A stretch of 63,676 bases of DNA, filler included, from Octopus bimaculoides (GCF_001194135.2; 9 parts of 9 records of this genome joined end to end with filler, not necessarily neighbours in it); one strand, 5' to 3'. Counted from the first letter of the whole stretch, positions 35,490 to 48,297 are shown. Numbers and translations: made by a program. Notes: generated by a model from the sequence alone, not told the origin.

Positions 35490-35583
35490 ACAGATTTTCT
35501 ACAGAAATTATAACCAGCACTGATTTTGCTGGCAATGATTTCTATAGAAAATCTGTAGAGATAACCTCAACAAGGTTATCTCT
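35490..35583. other. 67-nt long hairpin (35490-35556) followed by an 11-bp hairpin (35557-35583)
   Basis: 30-nt arms, 27/30 paired (one G-U), 7-nt loop; then AGAGATAACCT-CAACA-AGGTTATCTCT. Confidence 0.85.
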
Positions 35584-36402
35584 ATTCTATAGAGATAACC
35601 CCAACAAACTGCTTTATATACTTTTGCGTACTTAGTCCTTAAACAGAGATTGGGTACACAAAGAAATATCTTCAGTGGAGTATAAACTCGAGATGTAACT
35701 AAAGCATCAGTGCCAGTCTATTTAGACAAGGAGTTGTGGCGTTTAAGACACATCATTTTTTTTTTCTGAGATTTACTGTCCTTTTCAACATAACCACCTG
35801 GTTATGGCCGGTAGGGGATGGGTGGCTAATGTGGGGTTACTTCAGCAAAGTTAACACCGGGAGTAACCATTCACGGCCTAGTTTAGCATTTTGAATATAC
35901 TTTCCTCTCATAATCTTTCCAGTTTCGAAGAAATATGAAATTTGCTTCCTAACTAATCACATGGTTTTGGGTTCAGTCTCAATCCTTAGGGCCTTGACTA
36001 AATGGCTCCTAATGAAGGAGCACCGAGCCCCAAAATTCCTTGTGACTGAATTTCGTAGATAGAGACTGAAGCAATCCCACTATATAATANNNNNNNNNNN
36101 NNNNNNNNNNNNNNNNNNNNNNNNNNNNNNNNNNNNNNNNNNNNNNNNNNNNNNNNNNNNNNNNNNNNNNNNNNNNNNNNNNNNNNNNNNNNNNNNNNNN
36201 NNNNNNNNNNNNNNNNNNNNNNNNNNNNNNNNNNNNNNNNNNNNNNNNNNNNNNNNNNNNNNNNNNNNNNNNNNNNNNNNNNNNNNNNNNNNNNNNNNNN
36301 NNNNNNNNNNNNNNNNNNNNNNNNNNNNNNNNNNNNNNNNNNNNNNNNNNNNNNNNNNNNNNNNNNNNNNNNNNNNNNNNNNNNNNNNNNNNNNNNNNNN
36401 NN

Positions 36403-36441
<39 letters not shown>

Positions 36442-36570
36442 TATGTGTGTGTGTGTGATATGAACATTTATTGTGGTTTAGAGTCAAGATTTGACTGCTA
36501 TTTTCAGCGTGGCGGTATCTCTTAGATACCCTAAATTATAATTTAATATATATGTACATATATATATATG

Positions 36571-36619
<49 letters not shown>

Positions 36620-37426
36620 GATAGATATTATATATGTATATATGTATATGCCTTATATATATTATATACCATGTATATATAAATTTCTATATATAATATG
36701 CATATATATGTAATACCTTATATAGTAGAATATATAAAAATACACACACATACACACACACATATACATATATATATGTATAGATGTATATATATATGTG
36801 TGCGTTTCTCTCTGTGTTTGTGTGTGTGTATGTATATATGTATATATAAAATTCCTTATTCTAAAGATTATCCACTTCTTCAGAAACAATGGAAGAAATT
36901 TGAGTTTTCATTCAAATTGTTATTTAATTTAGATTAGAGATTTATCCTCACCGAATAAGCACACCTAGATAAAATGCTCAGCCTTGTAGATAACAGATAT
37001 AATTCTATATATACACATAGACATCCACTCACATCATCTTTTATACAGACATGCATACATACAAAATATATATATATATATATATATGTCTAAGTAGATA
37101 AATAGATAGATAGATTTATATACAAGTATTTACATACAGGTATATATATGTATATGTGTGTCTATATATANNNNNNNNNNNNNNNNNNNNNNNNNNNNNN
37201 NNNNNNNNNNNNNNTTAATTAATTAANNNNNNNNNNNNNNNNNNNNNNNNNNNNNNNNNNNNNNNNNNNNATATATATATATATATATATATATATGCAG
37301 ATATACGTACGTATGTATATATGTGCGTATATATACACACACACACATAGATGTAGATACATATATATAGATATGTACGTGTGTGTGTGTGTGTATGTGT
37401 GTGCGTGTATATATATATGTATATAA

Positions 37427-37458
<32 letters not shown>

Positions 37459-37563
37459 ATAGAGAGAGAGGGGGAGAGAAAATATACAAACACACATATA
37501 CACGCATACTTATACACATAAGCATAAATTTACAAGTGTGTATATATATGCACACACACACAT

Positions 37564-37599
<36 letters not shown>

Positions 37600-39707
37600 C
37601 GTTATCCATTCACTTTTTGCCATCTACCCTCCACCAATGACTCATCCCGAAATGAAACCATCCGGACAACACACAAATCAACCGGCCAATATACACTCCT
37701 TTTAGTTTATCCTCAGCACCCGACCATTTTAGCATACCCGTGTGACTTCTCCGTCCCGTCACTAAATCACCCTTTTTTTCCCCTCCAATTCCTTACCGCT
37801 AAACCCTCCCATCGCCTTCTTCTTCCCACCCCACTATCCCGACTCGGATACACACGTATACTCACAACGCACGCATACATACATTTACACACAGACACAT
37901 ACACACACACACACACACCACCACCACCACCACCACTACCATACCACATACAGTAATCCCTTGACTATCGCGGNNNNNNNNNNNNNNNNNNNNNNNNNNN
38001 NNNNNNNNNNNNNNNNNNNNNNNNNNNNNNNNNNNNNNNNNNNNNNNNNNNNNNNNNNNNNNNNNNNNNNNNNNNNNNNNNNNNNNNNNNNNNNNNNNNN
38101 NNNNNNNNNNNNNNNNNNNNNNNNNNNNNNNNNNNNNNNNNNNNNNNNNNNNNNNNNNNNNNNNNNNNNNNNNNNNNNNNNNNNNNNNNNNNNNNNNNNN
38201 NNNNNNNNNNNNNNNNNNNNNNNNNNNNNNNNNNNNNNNNNNNNNNNNNNNNNNNNNNNNNNNNNNNNNNNNNNNNNNNNNNNNNNNNNNNNNNNNNNNN
38301 NNNNNNNNNNNNNNNNNNNNNNNNNNNNNNNNNNNNNNNNNNNNNNNNNNNNNNNNNNNNNNNNNNNNNNNNNNNNNNNNNNNNNNNNNNNNNNNNNNNN
38401 NNNNNNNNNNNNNNNNNNNNNNNNNNNNNNNNNNNNNNNNNNNNNNNNNNNNNNNNNNNNNNNNNNNNNNNNNNNNNNNNNNNNNNNNNNNNNNNNNNNN
38501 NNNNNNNNNNNNNNNNNNNNNNNNNNNNNNNNNNNNNNNNNNNNNNNNNNNNNNNNNNNNNNNNNNNNNNNNNNNNNNNNNNNNNNNNNNNNNNNNNNNN
38601 NNNNNNNNNNNNNNNNNNNNNNNNNNNNNNNNNNNNNNNNNNNNNNNNNNNNNNNNNNNNNNNNNNNNNNNNNNNNNNNNNNNNNNNNNNNNNNNNNNNN
38701 NNNNNNNNNNNNNNNNNNNNNNNNNNNNNNNNNNNNNNNNNNNNNNNNNNNNNNNNNNNNNNNNNNNNNNNNNNNNNNNNNNNNNNNNNNNNNNNNNNNN
38801 NNNNNNNNNNNNNNNNNNNNNNNNNNNNNNNNNNNNNNNNNNNNNNNNNNNNNNNNNNNNNNNNNNNNNNNNNNNNNNNNNNNNNNNNNNNNNNNNNNNN
38901 NNNNNNNNNNNNNNNNNNNNNNNNNNNNNNNNNNNNNNNNNNNNNNNNNNNNNNTATATATATATATATATATACATACATACATACATACATACATACA
39001 TACACACACACCAGGCCATGGTTGAAGAGACTTGCCCTATGTGCCATGCAATGGGGCTGAAACCGGAACGACGTGGTTAGGAAGCTAGATCCTTACCACG
39101 CAGGTACGCCTGCGCGTGTATATATATATATACATACATACACACTTAAATAAACACATACATAGACAAAGTGATTGTTTTCTTCTCTATCCCTGTTCTG
39201 TTGTATGTCATTGGAAAGTTTTCCAATATGTTTACTGCATCATTATTATTCAACTTCCAACAGGAAATTGAGGATATAGTTTAAAATGGAGGACAGACTA
39301 TCCCATGCGAAACGTCCGACAATGTCACACATGGATCGTTCGGAACGTGGGAAAATTAATAGCATCGATAACAAACAACAACAACAGCCACAACAGTTGT
39401 AGGTACGTTAGGTGATGGAGTCCAAGATAGATAATGCCCCTGGATTACAGATGAGATGGTCGCAAATTGTACACTTTTCATCATAGGTCTTCAATGGCAA
39501 GTGATGTCGACACCATGGCGAAACATCTACTGCTATTGCCTCCTCTTCTTCTTCTTCTTCTTCTTCTTCTTCTTCTTCTCGTGTATTAGGAGAGGGAAAG
39601 CATTTATGCCAATTGTGTTCAATTCTTCAAATTGTAATGTTTCTCTCCGTCTTCCGCCCCCTCACTCTCTTTGTCCCTCACTCGTTCCCTGTCTGTCTCT
39701 TTCCCTC

Positions 39708-39754
<47 letters not shown>

Positions 39755-40371
39755 ACACTTATATGTATATATCCTTTTGTTGTTTACACCACCTGTCCTC
39801 GTCTGTTGTTTTTTCGTAAATTCTCTCATATATATATATATATATATATAATCTTTCTGTCCCTTATTCGCTCTTTGTCTCCCTCCTTCCCTNNNNNNNN
39901 NNNNNNNNNNNNNNNNNNNNNNNNNNNNNNNNNNNNNNNNNNNNNNNNNNNNNNNNNNNNNNNNNNNNNNNNNNNNNNNNNNNNNNNNNNNNNNNNNNNN
40001 NNNNNNNNNNNNNNNNNNNNNNNNNNNNNNNNNNNNNNNNNNNNNNNNNNNNNNNNNNNNNNNNNNNNNNNNNNNNNNNNNNNNNNNNNNNNNNNNNNNN
40101 NNNNNNNNNNNNNNNNNNNNNNNNNNNNNNNNNNNNNNNNNNNNNNNNNNNNNNNNNNNNNNNNNNNNNNNNNNNNNNNNNNNNNNNNNNNNNNNNNNNN
40201 NNNNNNNNNNNNNNNNNNNNNNNNNNNNNNNNNNNNNNNNNNNNNNNNNNNNNNNNNNNNNNNNNNNNNNNNNNNNNNNNNNNNNNNNNNNNNNNNNNNN
40301 NNNNNNNNNNNNNNNNNNNNNNNNNNNNNNNNNNNNNNNNNNNNNNNNNNNNNNNNNNNNNNNNNNNNNNN

Positions 40372-41026
40372 CCATCTGTCCCAAACTCTTCCAAAATTCT
40401 GTTCACCATCTGTCCCAAACTCTTCAAAAATTCTATTCACCATTTGTCCCAAACTCTTCCAAAATTCTGTTCACCATCTGTCCAAAACTCTTTTAAAATT
40501 CTGTTCACCATCTGTCCCAAACTCTTCCAAAATTCTGTTCACCATCTGTCCCAAACTCTTCAAAAATTCTATTCACCATTTGTCCCAAACTCTTCCAAAA
40601 TTCTGTTCACCATCTGTCCAAAACTCTTTTAAAATTTNNNNNNNNNNNNNNNNNNNNNNNNNNNNNNNNNNNNNNNNNNNNNNNNNNNNNNNNNNNNNNN
40701 NNNNNNNNNNAAAAATTCTATTCACCATTTGTCCCAAACTCTTCCAAAATTCTGTTCACCATCTGTCCAAAACTCTTTTAAAATTTTGTTCACCATCTGT
40801 CCAAAACTCTTTTAAAATTCTGTTCACCATCTATCCCAAACTCTTCCAAAATTCTGTTCACCATCTGTCCCATACTCTTTCAAAATTCTGTTCACCATCT
40901 GTCCCAAGCTCTTTCAAAATTCTGTTCACCATCTGTCCCATACTCTTTCAAAATTCTGTTCACCATCTGTCTCAAACTCTTCCAAAATTCTGTTCACCAT
41001 CTGTCCCAAACTCTTCCAAAATTCTC
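40372..41026. repeat. 34-bp minisatellite (ttcaccatctgtcccaaactcttccaaaattctg), about 17 visible units, decaying to about 41200
   Basis: Units counted directly; gap at 40638-40710. Confidence 0.95.
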
Positions 41027-41529
41027 TTCACAATGTTTTCTGTATTCCCCCACCATTTTCTTCAAAATCTCCCTGACGCTCTAAAATTCTGTTTTCAGCC
41101 TCTTCTGCACTCTCCAAAAATTCTGTCGACAGTTTCTTCCAAGCCCTCCAAAAATGGTGTTAATTATCTCTCCCAAACTCTCCCCAAATTATGTTCACGA
41201 TTTACAGGTACAGCTCCACTTATCTGGGTCATGTTTGTGACTCTCAACACCTTTCAGCAATTTTAATGGAGGATAGCACTTAACACTTCATATGCTCTTT
41301 CATTTTCAAGTGCCACTTGAAGAAACTGATAAAGGCTTGACCAAACTCGGAAAAGCTGTCGCCTAATTCCTCTCAAATGTATCATGACACTAACAGCTTC
41401 GTTCGTCACTACTATCATACAAAGGAAAAACTGGCTGCCCTTCCTTGTCAGAGGAACTGTCACGATTATTCGGCAGATAACCAGGTCTGTTCTATAAGTG
41501 ATAACAACTGATTGATATAGTTCCAGAAA

Positions 41530-41878
41530 TAAGCGGTGTTTGGGCACTGGTCTGGCACTCCCTTCGTTACGATGTCGAGGGTTCCAGCTGATCTGATCAA
41601 CGGAACACAGCCACTCCCTTCGTTACGATGACGAGGGTTCCAGCTGATCTGATCAACANNNNNNNNNNTTACGATGACGAGGGTTCCAGCTGATCTGATC
41701 AACGGAACACAGCCACTCCCTTCGTTACGATGACGAGGGTTCCAGCTGATCTGATCAACAGAACACAGCCTCCTTGTGAAATTAACGTACAAGTGGCTGA
41801 GCGCTCCACAGATATGTGTACCCTTGATGTAGTTCTCGGCGATTCGGCGGGATACAGAATGTAACAAGGTGGGCCGGA
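41530..41878 (-). mobile_element. SINE family C 3' portion with a tandemly amplified 56-bp segment
   Basis: cactcccttcgttacgatgacgagggttccagctgatctgatcaacggaacacagc repeated from 41556. Downstream ctccacaga.a.gtgtaccctt matches 25919. Confidence 0.75.
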
Positions 41879-41894
41879 GAAAAAGTCTTGCATA

Positions 41895-42085
41895 GTTTTA
41901 TTGTTAGGCTTACAGATTGTATTTTGCAATGTACGAATCAGTGGGTTGATTTCGTTTTCTGTAAAATCCAAGCTTATCCAGACTGACACTTTGGCATTTA
42001 CTTACAAAGCCAAAGTGTTCCAATTATTATTGGTACAAATGGAAATTTATAATCCGGATATAGGAGCTGGAAGTTTCGAATAAGT
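41895..42085 (-). mobile_element. RLE-type LINE C-terminal fragment (same family as 58460-58810)
   Basis: FQLLYPDYKFPFVPIIIGTL...LDFTENEINPLIRTLQ. Confidence 0.72.
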
Positions 42086-42409
42086 TGTTTATTGTTATCT
42101 CCTTTCCCTTTGATATTCAAAGAGATATTTACACATCAGCAAGACAGCTGACCTCTATGACGGTACATAGTTTTTCTTGTATGTGTGTGTGTGTGTAAGT
42201 ATGTAAATTAGTAGCTAACCCGGAAATACGTAACTGGTAAATGAAACCAATCACCGTTCCTGCTATCAATTACCGTCCATGACTACTAAAAACAATATCA
42301 GCGTTCTCAGAAATGAGATTCAGTGGCGACACACTTGTAAAGGTTGTCGATGACTCCGACCGTTAGTACGAAAGTACAATGGTCACTTTTAACCATAAAC
42401 TCACCATAC

Positions 42410-42562
42410 TGGCCGTGTGGTGAGTAGCTTGGTCACCAACCACATGGTTCCGGGTTGAGTCCCACTGCGTGGCACCTTGGGCAAGAGTCTTCTACTATAA
42501 CCTCGGGCCGACCAAAGCCTTGTGAGTGGATTTGGTTGACGGAAACTGAAGGAAGCCCGTCG
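42410..42562 (+). mobile_element. SINE family B head and body followed by (TA)n
   Basis: gtgtggtgagtagcttggtcaccaaccacatggttccgggttgagtcccactgcgtggcaccttgggcaag...ggaagcccgtcg. Confidence 0.85.
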
Positions 42563-43679
42563 TATATATATATATATATNNNNNNNNNNNNNNNNNNNNN
42601 NNNNNNNNNNNNNNNNNNNNNNNNNNNNNNNNNNNNNNNNNNNNNNNNNNNNNNNNNNNNNNNNNNNNNNNNNNNNNNNNNNNNNNNNNNNNNNNNNNNN
42701 NNNNNNNNNNNNNNNNNNNNNNNNNNNNNNNNNNNNNNNNNNNNNNNNNNNNNNNNNNNNNNNNNNNNNNNNNNNNNNNNNNNNNNNNNNNNNNNNNNNN
42801 NNNNNNNNNNNNNNNNNNNNNNNNNNNNNNNNNNNNNNNNNNNNNNNNNNNNNNNNNNNNNNNNNNNNNNNNNNNNNNNNNNNNNNNNNNNNNNNNNNNN
42901 NNNNNNNNNNNNNNNNNNNNNNNNNNNNNNNNNNNNNNNNNNNNNNNNNNNNNNNNNNNNNNNNNNNNNNNNNNNNNNNNNNNNNNNNNNNNNNNNNNNN
43001 NNNNNNNNNNNNNNNNNNNNNNNNNNNNNNNNNNNNNNNNNNNNNNNNNNNNNNNNNNNNNNNNNNNNNNNNNNNNNNNNNNNGAGAGAGAGAGAGAGAG
43101 AGAGAGAGAGGCAGAGACGAACAGACAGATAGATGAATAAACAGATAGATAGATTGAAAGTTTGTTTATGCGCGCGAATAGAGCGAGATCTAAACAGAGA
43201 CGTTTGTTTGCCTACGTCCAAAACTGCTTTTTCACTACGACAATAGTTGACTTCTCCTATTACAGCTTCCTCTTAGATACTTCTTGGTGTGGCGGACATA
43301 ATTTCCTGGTTTAACTTCCTAAGCTGATAGCTACATTGTTTATATAATCGCTCGCCTTTGTTGTTTTTATTATTATCATCATTGTATCTTTTACGCTTTT
43401 GCCAATGTCATGACGTCATTGAGAGGAGTGATAGGACACTTGACTGATTTACATGCTGGAGCACACGTACCCCTCTGCCCGACCCTCCGATTTTCGCTAT
43501 CGTTGTTTTGTGTATACAACGAATGTGATGGAGAAATTGATACCAACCCAGCAAAAATCGTGATAAATGGGCCCTGCTTTTCCCATCCCGCTCTGCGAGA
43601 TTCTCTACGATGTCAGGATTTAGGTTGATGTGGGCATTGGATATATGTAATAACAGTCGACATATAAATATTCTTTTAT

Positions 43680-43774
43680 CATCACCATAACAACAACAAC
43701 AACAACAATAATATTAATAATAATATTATCATTAATAACATTAATATTATTATTCATAATAATAATAATGTTAT

Positions 43775-43838
<64 letters not shown>

Positions 43839-44076
43839 GATACTAATAATATTATCAATAATATTAATATTAATATTAATAATAATAATAATATTATCAA
43901 TAATATCATTAATAATAATATTAATAATAATATTAATAATATTATTAATAATAATATTATTGATAATATTATTAATAACATTATTATTGATCATAATAAT
44001 AACAATAATAATAATAATAATAATAACAACTATTATTATTATTATTATTACTATTATTATTATTATTATTATTATT
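43680..44076. repeat. Degenerate (AAT)n/(ATT)n array with orientation switches
   Basis: Read directly. Confidence 0.93.
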
Positions 44077-44077
44077 C

Positions 44078-44620
44078 AGTAGTTTTATTTTTATCACGTG
44101 CTTTCACTTCGATACCGAGCGCAGCTCTGTGTGCCTTGGGTATGTGCAGTGGCTTGTTGTGGAGCTCTTTTTTTTCCCCATTTTATTGAAAGTGTTTCTC
44201 GTAGGATGTGTGCGGTGGCTAGTAGTGCTATTTTTTTTTTTTGTATGTTATATATATTTGTTAATCCAGGTAATTTTGTTATATATTTGTGTGAATGTTT
44301 TTTGTTTGTTTGTTTTTTTTAAAAATCATACCTAATGCGCCTACTATGATTTAAGCACCACATTCGAGTAACCTCTATTTCCAGATCTTAGTATTTTGAA
44401 AGCTTCTCCATTTCTTTTAGCAAAACATTGTCATCCGTTGGTGTTGATACATCGATTAGAAAGCATATTTATTCTTGATAATCTTTGATAACTATATCTG
44501 GCCTATGAGCCTTAATTTCTCTATCTGTGTGTATTGACATATCCCAGAGTATGGTTGCTTTCTCTTTTTCTGTAACCTTTTCTGGCGTCTACCTATACTA
44601 TTCTTTTTCTGTTCTTATTC
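44078..44620 (-). mobile_element. R4/Dong-like (RLE) LINE 3' fragment
   Basis: EIKAHRPDIVIKDYQE...LIDVSTPTDDNVLLKEMEKLSKY; 3'UTR shared with 34095; ends in (TAA)n. Confidence 0.85.
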
Positions 44621-44639
44621 TATAGTTGTTGCTGTAGCT

Positions 44640-44930
44640 TGGCAGCGTATTAGTTGCCTCACTGCCGGACACAGCTGTTCGCTTTGTGCTCTGCGCATGG
44701 AACGTGTAACAGCCTTGTGAAGCATTTGCACTCAAATACTTGGACACTTCACTTCATGTCATCTGTAAGAGTTTGACTCTTGCACCGTTGCTGAAGGATT
44801 GACGTCACCAGGATCTTGTAAACAACGTTTCGTGCCCTGCGTACGAGATGTATAATAACCTTCTGGGGCACTTGTGCTCAAATGCCCGGACCCTTCGATC
44901 CGTACCAGCATTTGCAACAAAACTGACTTC
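44640..44930 (-). mobile_element. RTE-type LINE C-terminal fragment
   Basis: RRVRAFEHKCPRRLLYISYAGHET resembles the RTE IQAFE.KCLRRLL.ISY.EHKTN segment. Confidence 0.6.
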
Positions 44931-45140
44931 AGTTCTATAGTTAAGAGACGAGGAACTATGTACATTATTTACATTATTTACATTTGACAGATATTTGTCC
45001 TCATCTTGTTTGTTGTTAACACAGCGTTTCGGCTGGTATACCCTCCAGCCTTCATCAGGTGTCTTGGATAAAATTTCGAACGCCGTATGCCCACGGGTTA
45101 CTTACCCCAAGATTCCGAGTTCGATTCCAGGCAGTGACCT
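44931..45140 (-). mobile_element. Penelope-like terminal repeat remnant with a degenerate hammerhead (45019-45062)
   Basis: Minus strand: ACAC-CUGAUGA-A-GGCUGG(AGGGUAUA)CCAGCC-GAAA-CG-CU-GUGU. U16.1 is replaced by C. Confidence 0.7.
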
Positions 45141-45917
45141 GAATAATAATAACAATAACAATAATAATAATAATTAATTCGTTTTATTGGCCACAAGGGC
45201 TAATATCAATGAAAAACATGTAAGGACAAAGACAGGACGAAGGTTTAATAATAATAATAACAACCACCACCACCACTACCATCATCAGCATCATTATCCC
45301 CATCATCATCATCACCACGACGAAGATCATCGTCATCATTAACATTATCACGATTACTATTGCACTTAACACCACCACTTCATCTACTACAACCCAAACC
45401 ACGACCACCACCACNNNNNNNNNNNNNNNNNNNNNNNNNNNNNNNNNNNNNNNNNNNNNNNNNNNNNNNNNNNNNNNNNNNNNNNNNNNNNNNNNNNNNN
45501 NNNNNNNNNNNNNNNNNNNNNNNNNNNNNNNNNNNNNNNNNNNNNNNNNNNNNNNNNNNNNNNNNNNNNNNNNNNNNNNNNNNNNNNNNNNNNNNNNNNN
45601 NNNNNNNNNNNNNNNNNNNNNNNNNNNNNNNNNNNNNNNNNNNNNNNNNNNNNNNNNNNNNNNNNNNNNNNNNNNNNNNNNNNNNNNNNNNNNNNNNNNN
45701 NNNNNNNNNNNNNNNNNNNNNNNNNNNNNNNNNNNNNNNNNNNNNNNNNNNNNNNNNNNNNNNNNNNNNNNNNNNNNNNNNNNNNNNNNNNNNNNNNNNN
45801 NNNNNNNNNNNNNNNNNNNNNNNNNNNNNNNNNNNNNNNNNNNNNNNNNNNNNNNNNNNNNNNNNNNNNNNNNNNNNNNNNNNNNNNNNNNNNNNNNNNN
45901 NNNNNNNNNNNNNNNNN

Positions 45918-46245
45918 GGAGCGATAAATTAAGTACCAGTGAAACACTGGGGTCGATGTAATAATCGACTGAATCCCCTCCCACCAAGCTGCCCTTGTGG
46001 CAAAAATTATGTATGTGTGTTTGTTTGTGTCTGTGTTTGTCCCCCCACCTCCCACACACCCAGCATCGCTTGACAACCGATGCTGGTGTGTTTACGTCCC
46101 CCGTAACTTAGCGGTTCGGCAAAAAAAAAGAGACCGATAGAATAAGTACTAGGCTTCCAAAAGAATAAGTGTCCTAGGGTCGATTTTCTCGACTAAAAGG
46201 CAAGTGCTCCAGCATGGCCGCAGTCAAATGACTGAAACAAGTAAT
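45918..46245 (+). mobile_element. SINE family A body joined to tail module D
   Basis: gataaattaagtaccagtgaaacactggggtcgat..., then (TG)-rich spacer, then gcttgacaaccgatgctggtgtgtttacgtcccc...cagcatggccgcagtcaaatgactgaaac. Confidence 0.78.
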
Positions 46246-47934
46246 AGAGTAGTAGTAGTAGTAGTAGTAGTAATTATTTTCCTGGTTAGTGTGTCTCTCC
46301 GTCCGTCTGTCTGCATTAAATTAAAGAAGATTTTATTTTTTTACTAAATTCCATAACTTATTGGGCTTCTTTCCTATTTGTCTCGATTTCTGTGTCTGTC
46401 TGTTCGGCTATCTATCTACGCCATTTTCTTCTTCCNNNNNNNNNNNNNNNNNNNNNNNNNNNNNNNNNNNNNNNNNNNNNNNNNNNNNNNNNNNNNNNNN
46501 NNNNNNNNNNNNNNNNNNNNNNNNNNNNNNNNNNNNNNNNNNNNNNNNNNNNNNNNNNNNNNNNNNAAAAAAAAAAAAAAAAAAAAAAGAAAAGAAAGAA
46601 AAACGGGAAAAGAAAAAAAATTCTTTTCAGTCTGTGAAAAGAATACCACGAATGTTGGAAGACATCGTCTGCTTTTAAAATCAGATTACATATAAGCTTG
46701 CGTGTGTATATATATATATATACATATACATATACATATATATGCACACACACACACACACGCGTGTGTATGTATGTATGTATGTATACACACATATACA
46801 CGTGTGTGTAAAAATCCTGATTCATCGAAATATATCTACAATAGTCGGGCATCTAATGTTTAATAAATGTACATATGCGTTTATACTTATATATATATAT
46901 ATATTTATATATAAATATATATANNNNNNNNNNNNNNNNNNNNNNNNNNNNNNNNNNNNNNNNNNNNNNNNNNNNNNNNNNNNNNNNNNNNNNNNNNNNN
47001 NNNNNNNNNNNNNNNNNNNNNNNNNNNNNNNNNNNNNNNNNNNNNNNNNNNNNNNNNNNNNNNNNNNNNNNNNNNNNNNNNNNNNNNNNNNNNNNNNNNN
47101 NNNNNNNNNNNNNNNNNNNNNNNNNNNNNNNNNNNNNNNNNNNNNNNNNNNNNNNNNNNNNNNNNNNNNNNNNNNNNNNNNNNNNNNNNNNNNNNNNNNN
47201 NNNNNNNNNNNNNNNNNNNNNNNNNNNNNNNNNNNNNNNNNNNNNNNNNNNNNNNNNNNNNNNNNNNNNNNNNNNNNNNNNNNNNNNNNNNNNNNNNNNN
47301 NNNNNNNNNNNNNNNNNNNNNNNNNNNNNNNNNNNNNNNNNNNNNNNNNNNNNNNNNNNNNNNNNNNNNNNNNNNNNNNNNNNNNNNNNNNNNNNNNNNN
47401 NNNNNNNNNNNNNNNNNNNATATAAATGAATATATGTATATAAATGTGTATATAAATAAATATTTATGTATATAAATATATATATATGAATATGTATATA
47501 AATATTTTATCAGTATATCTGTGTGTGTGTGTGTGTGAATATATGTCTGGAAGGTAAGAATTGAAACCCCATATCCAAAGGTTTCTCCAACAACAGAGCT
47601 ATTTCTGGTGTGCCGGGTTGATTCAAATGAGGAAAAAAACGTGTCAATGGTCCCAAGATGAGGTCAGCTCTATGAAACCATATGTGTGTTCAAAGACCTA
47701 GTTAGACAATACGCGTATACACATGTGGCGCGTGCAAGTGTCTGTGTGTATGTGTGCGTGTGTGTGCATGTGTGTGTGTGTATGTGTGGTTGCATACGTA
47801 CGTAAGTAGTCATGTATAAATATGTGAACGCATATATGTATGTATGCATGTACGTATGTATGTATGAGTGCGAATGTATGTACGTATATGTACATATGCA
47901 TGTATGTAATTATGCACTCGTGTATGTGTGCGTG

Positions 47935-47971
<37 letters not shown>

Positions 47972-48166
47972 ATGTTTGTGTGTGTGCATGTATGTACATA
48001 CGTATGCATGTGTGTATGTGGTATGTTTGTATGTATTCATTACGTATGCATGCATGACTGTCTGTCAGTCTTGTCCAAAGTGTTCGCTTCCCAATGTCAT
48101 GATTCCGAGTTCAGTCCTACCGCGTGGCACCCTGGACAAGTGTCTTCTACTGTAGCCCTGGACCGA

Positions 48167-48197
<31 letters not shown>

Positions 48198-48297
48198 NNN
48201 NNNNNNNNNNNNNNNNNNNNNNNNNNNNNNNNNNNNNNNNNTTAATTAATTAANNNNNNNNNNNNNNNNNNNNNNNNNNNNNNNNNNNNNNNNNNNN

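Noticed and set aside
40372-41026. 34-bp repeat as a possible CRISPR array or repeat-protein gene (531-aa ORF)
   Set aside because: Units are contiguous with no unique spacers, there are no cas genes, and a period of 34 cycles through frames.
41556-41772. 56-bp repeats as CRISPR-like
   Set aside because: No spacers; the unit is an internal SINE segment and is partly duplicated across a 10-N gap.
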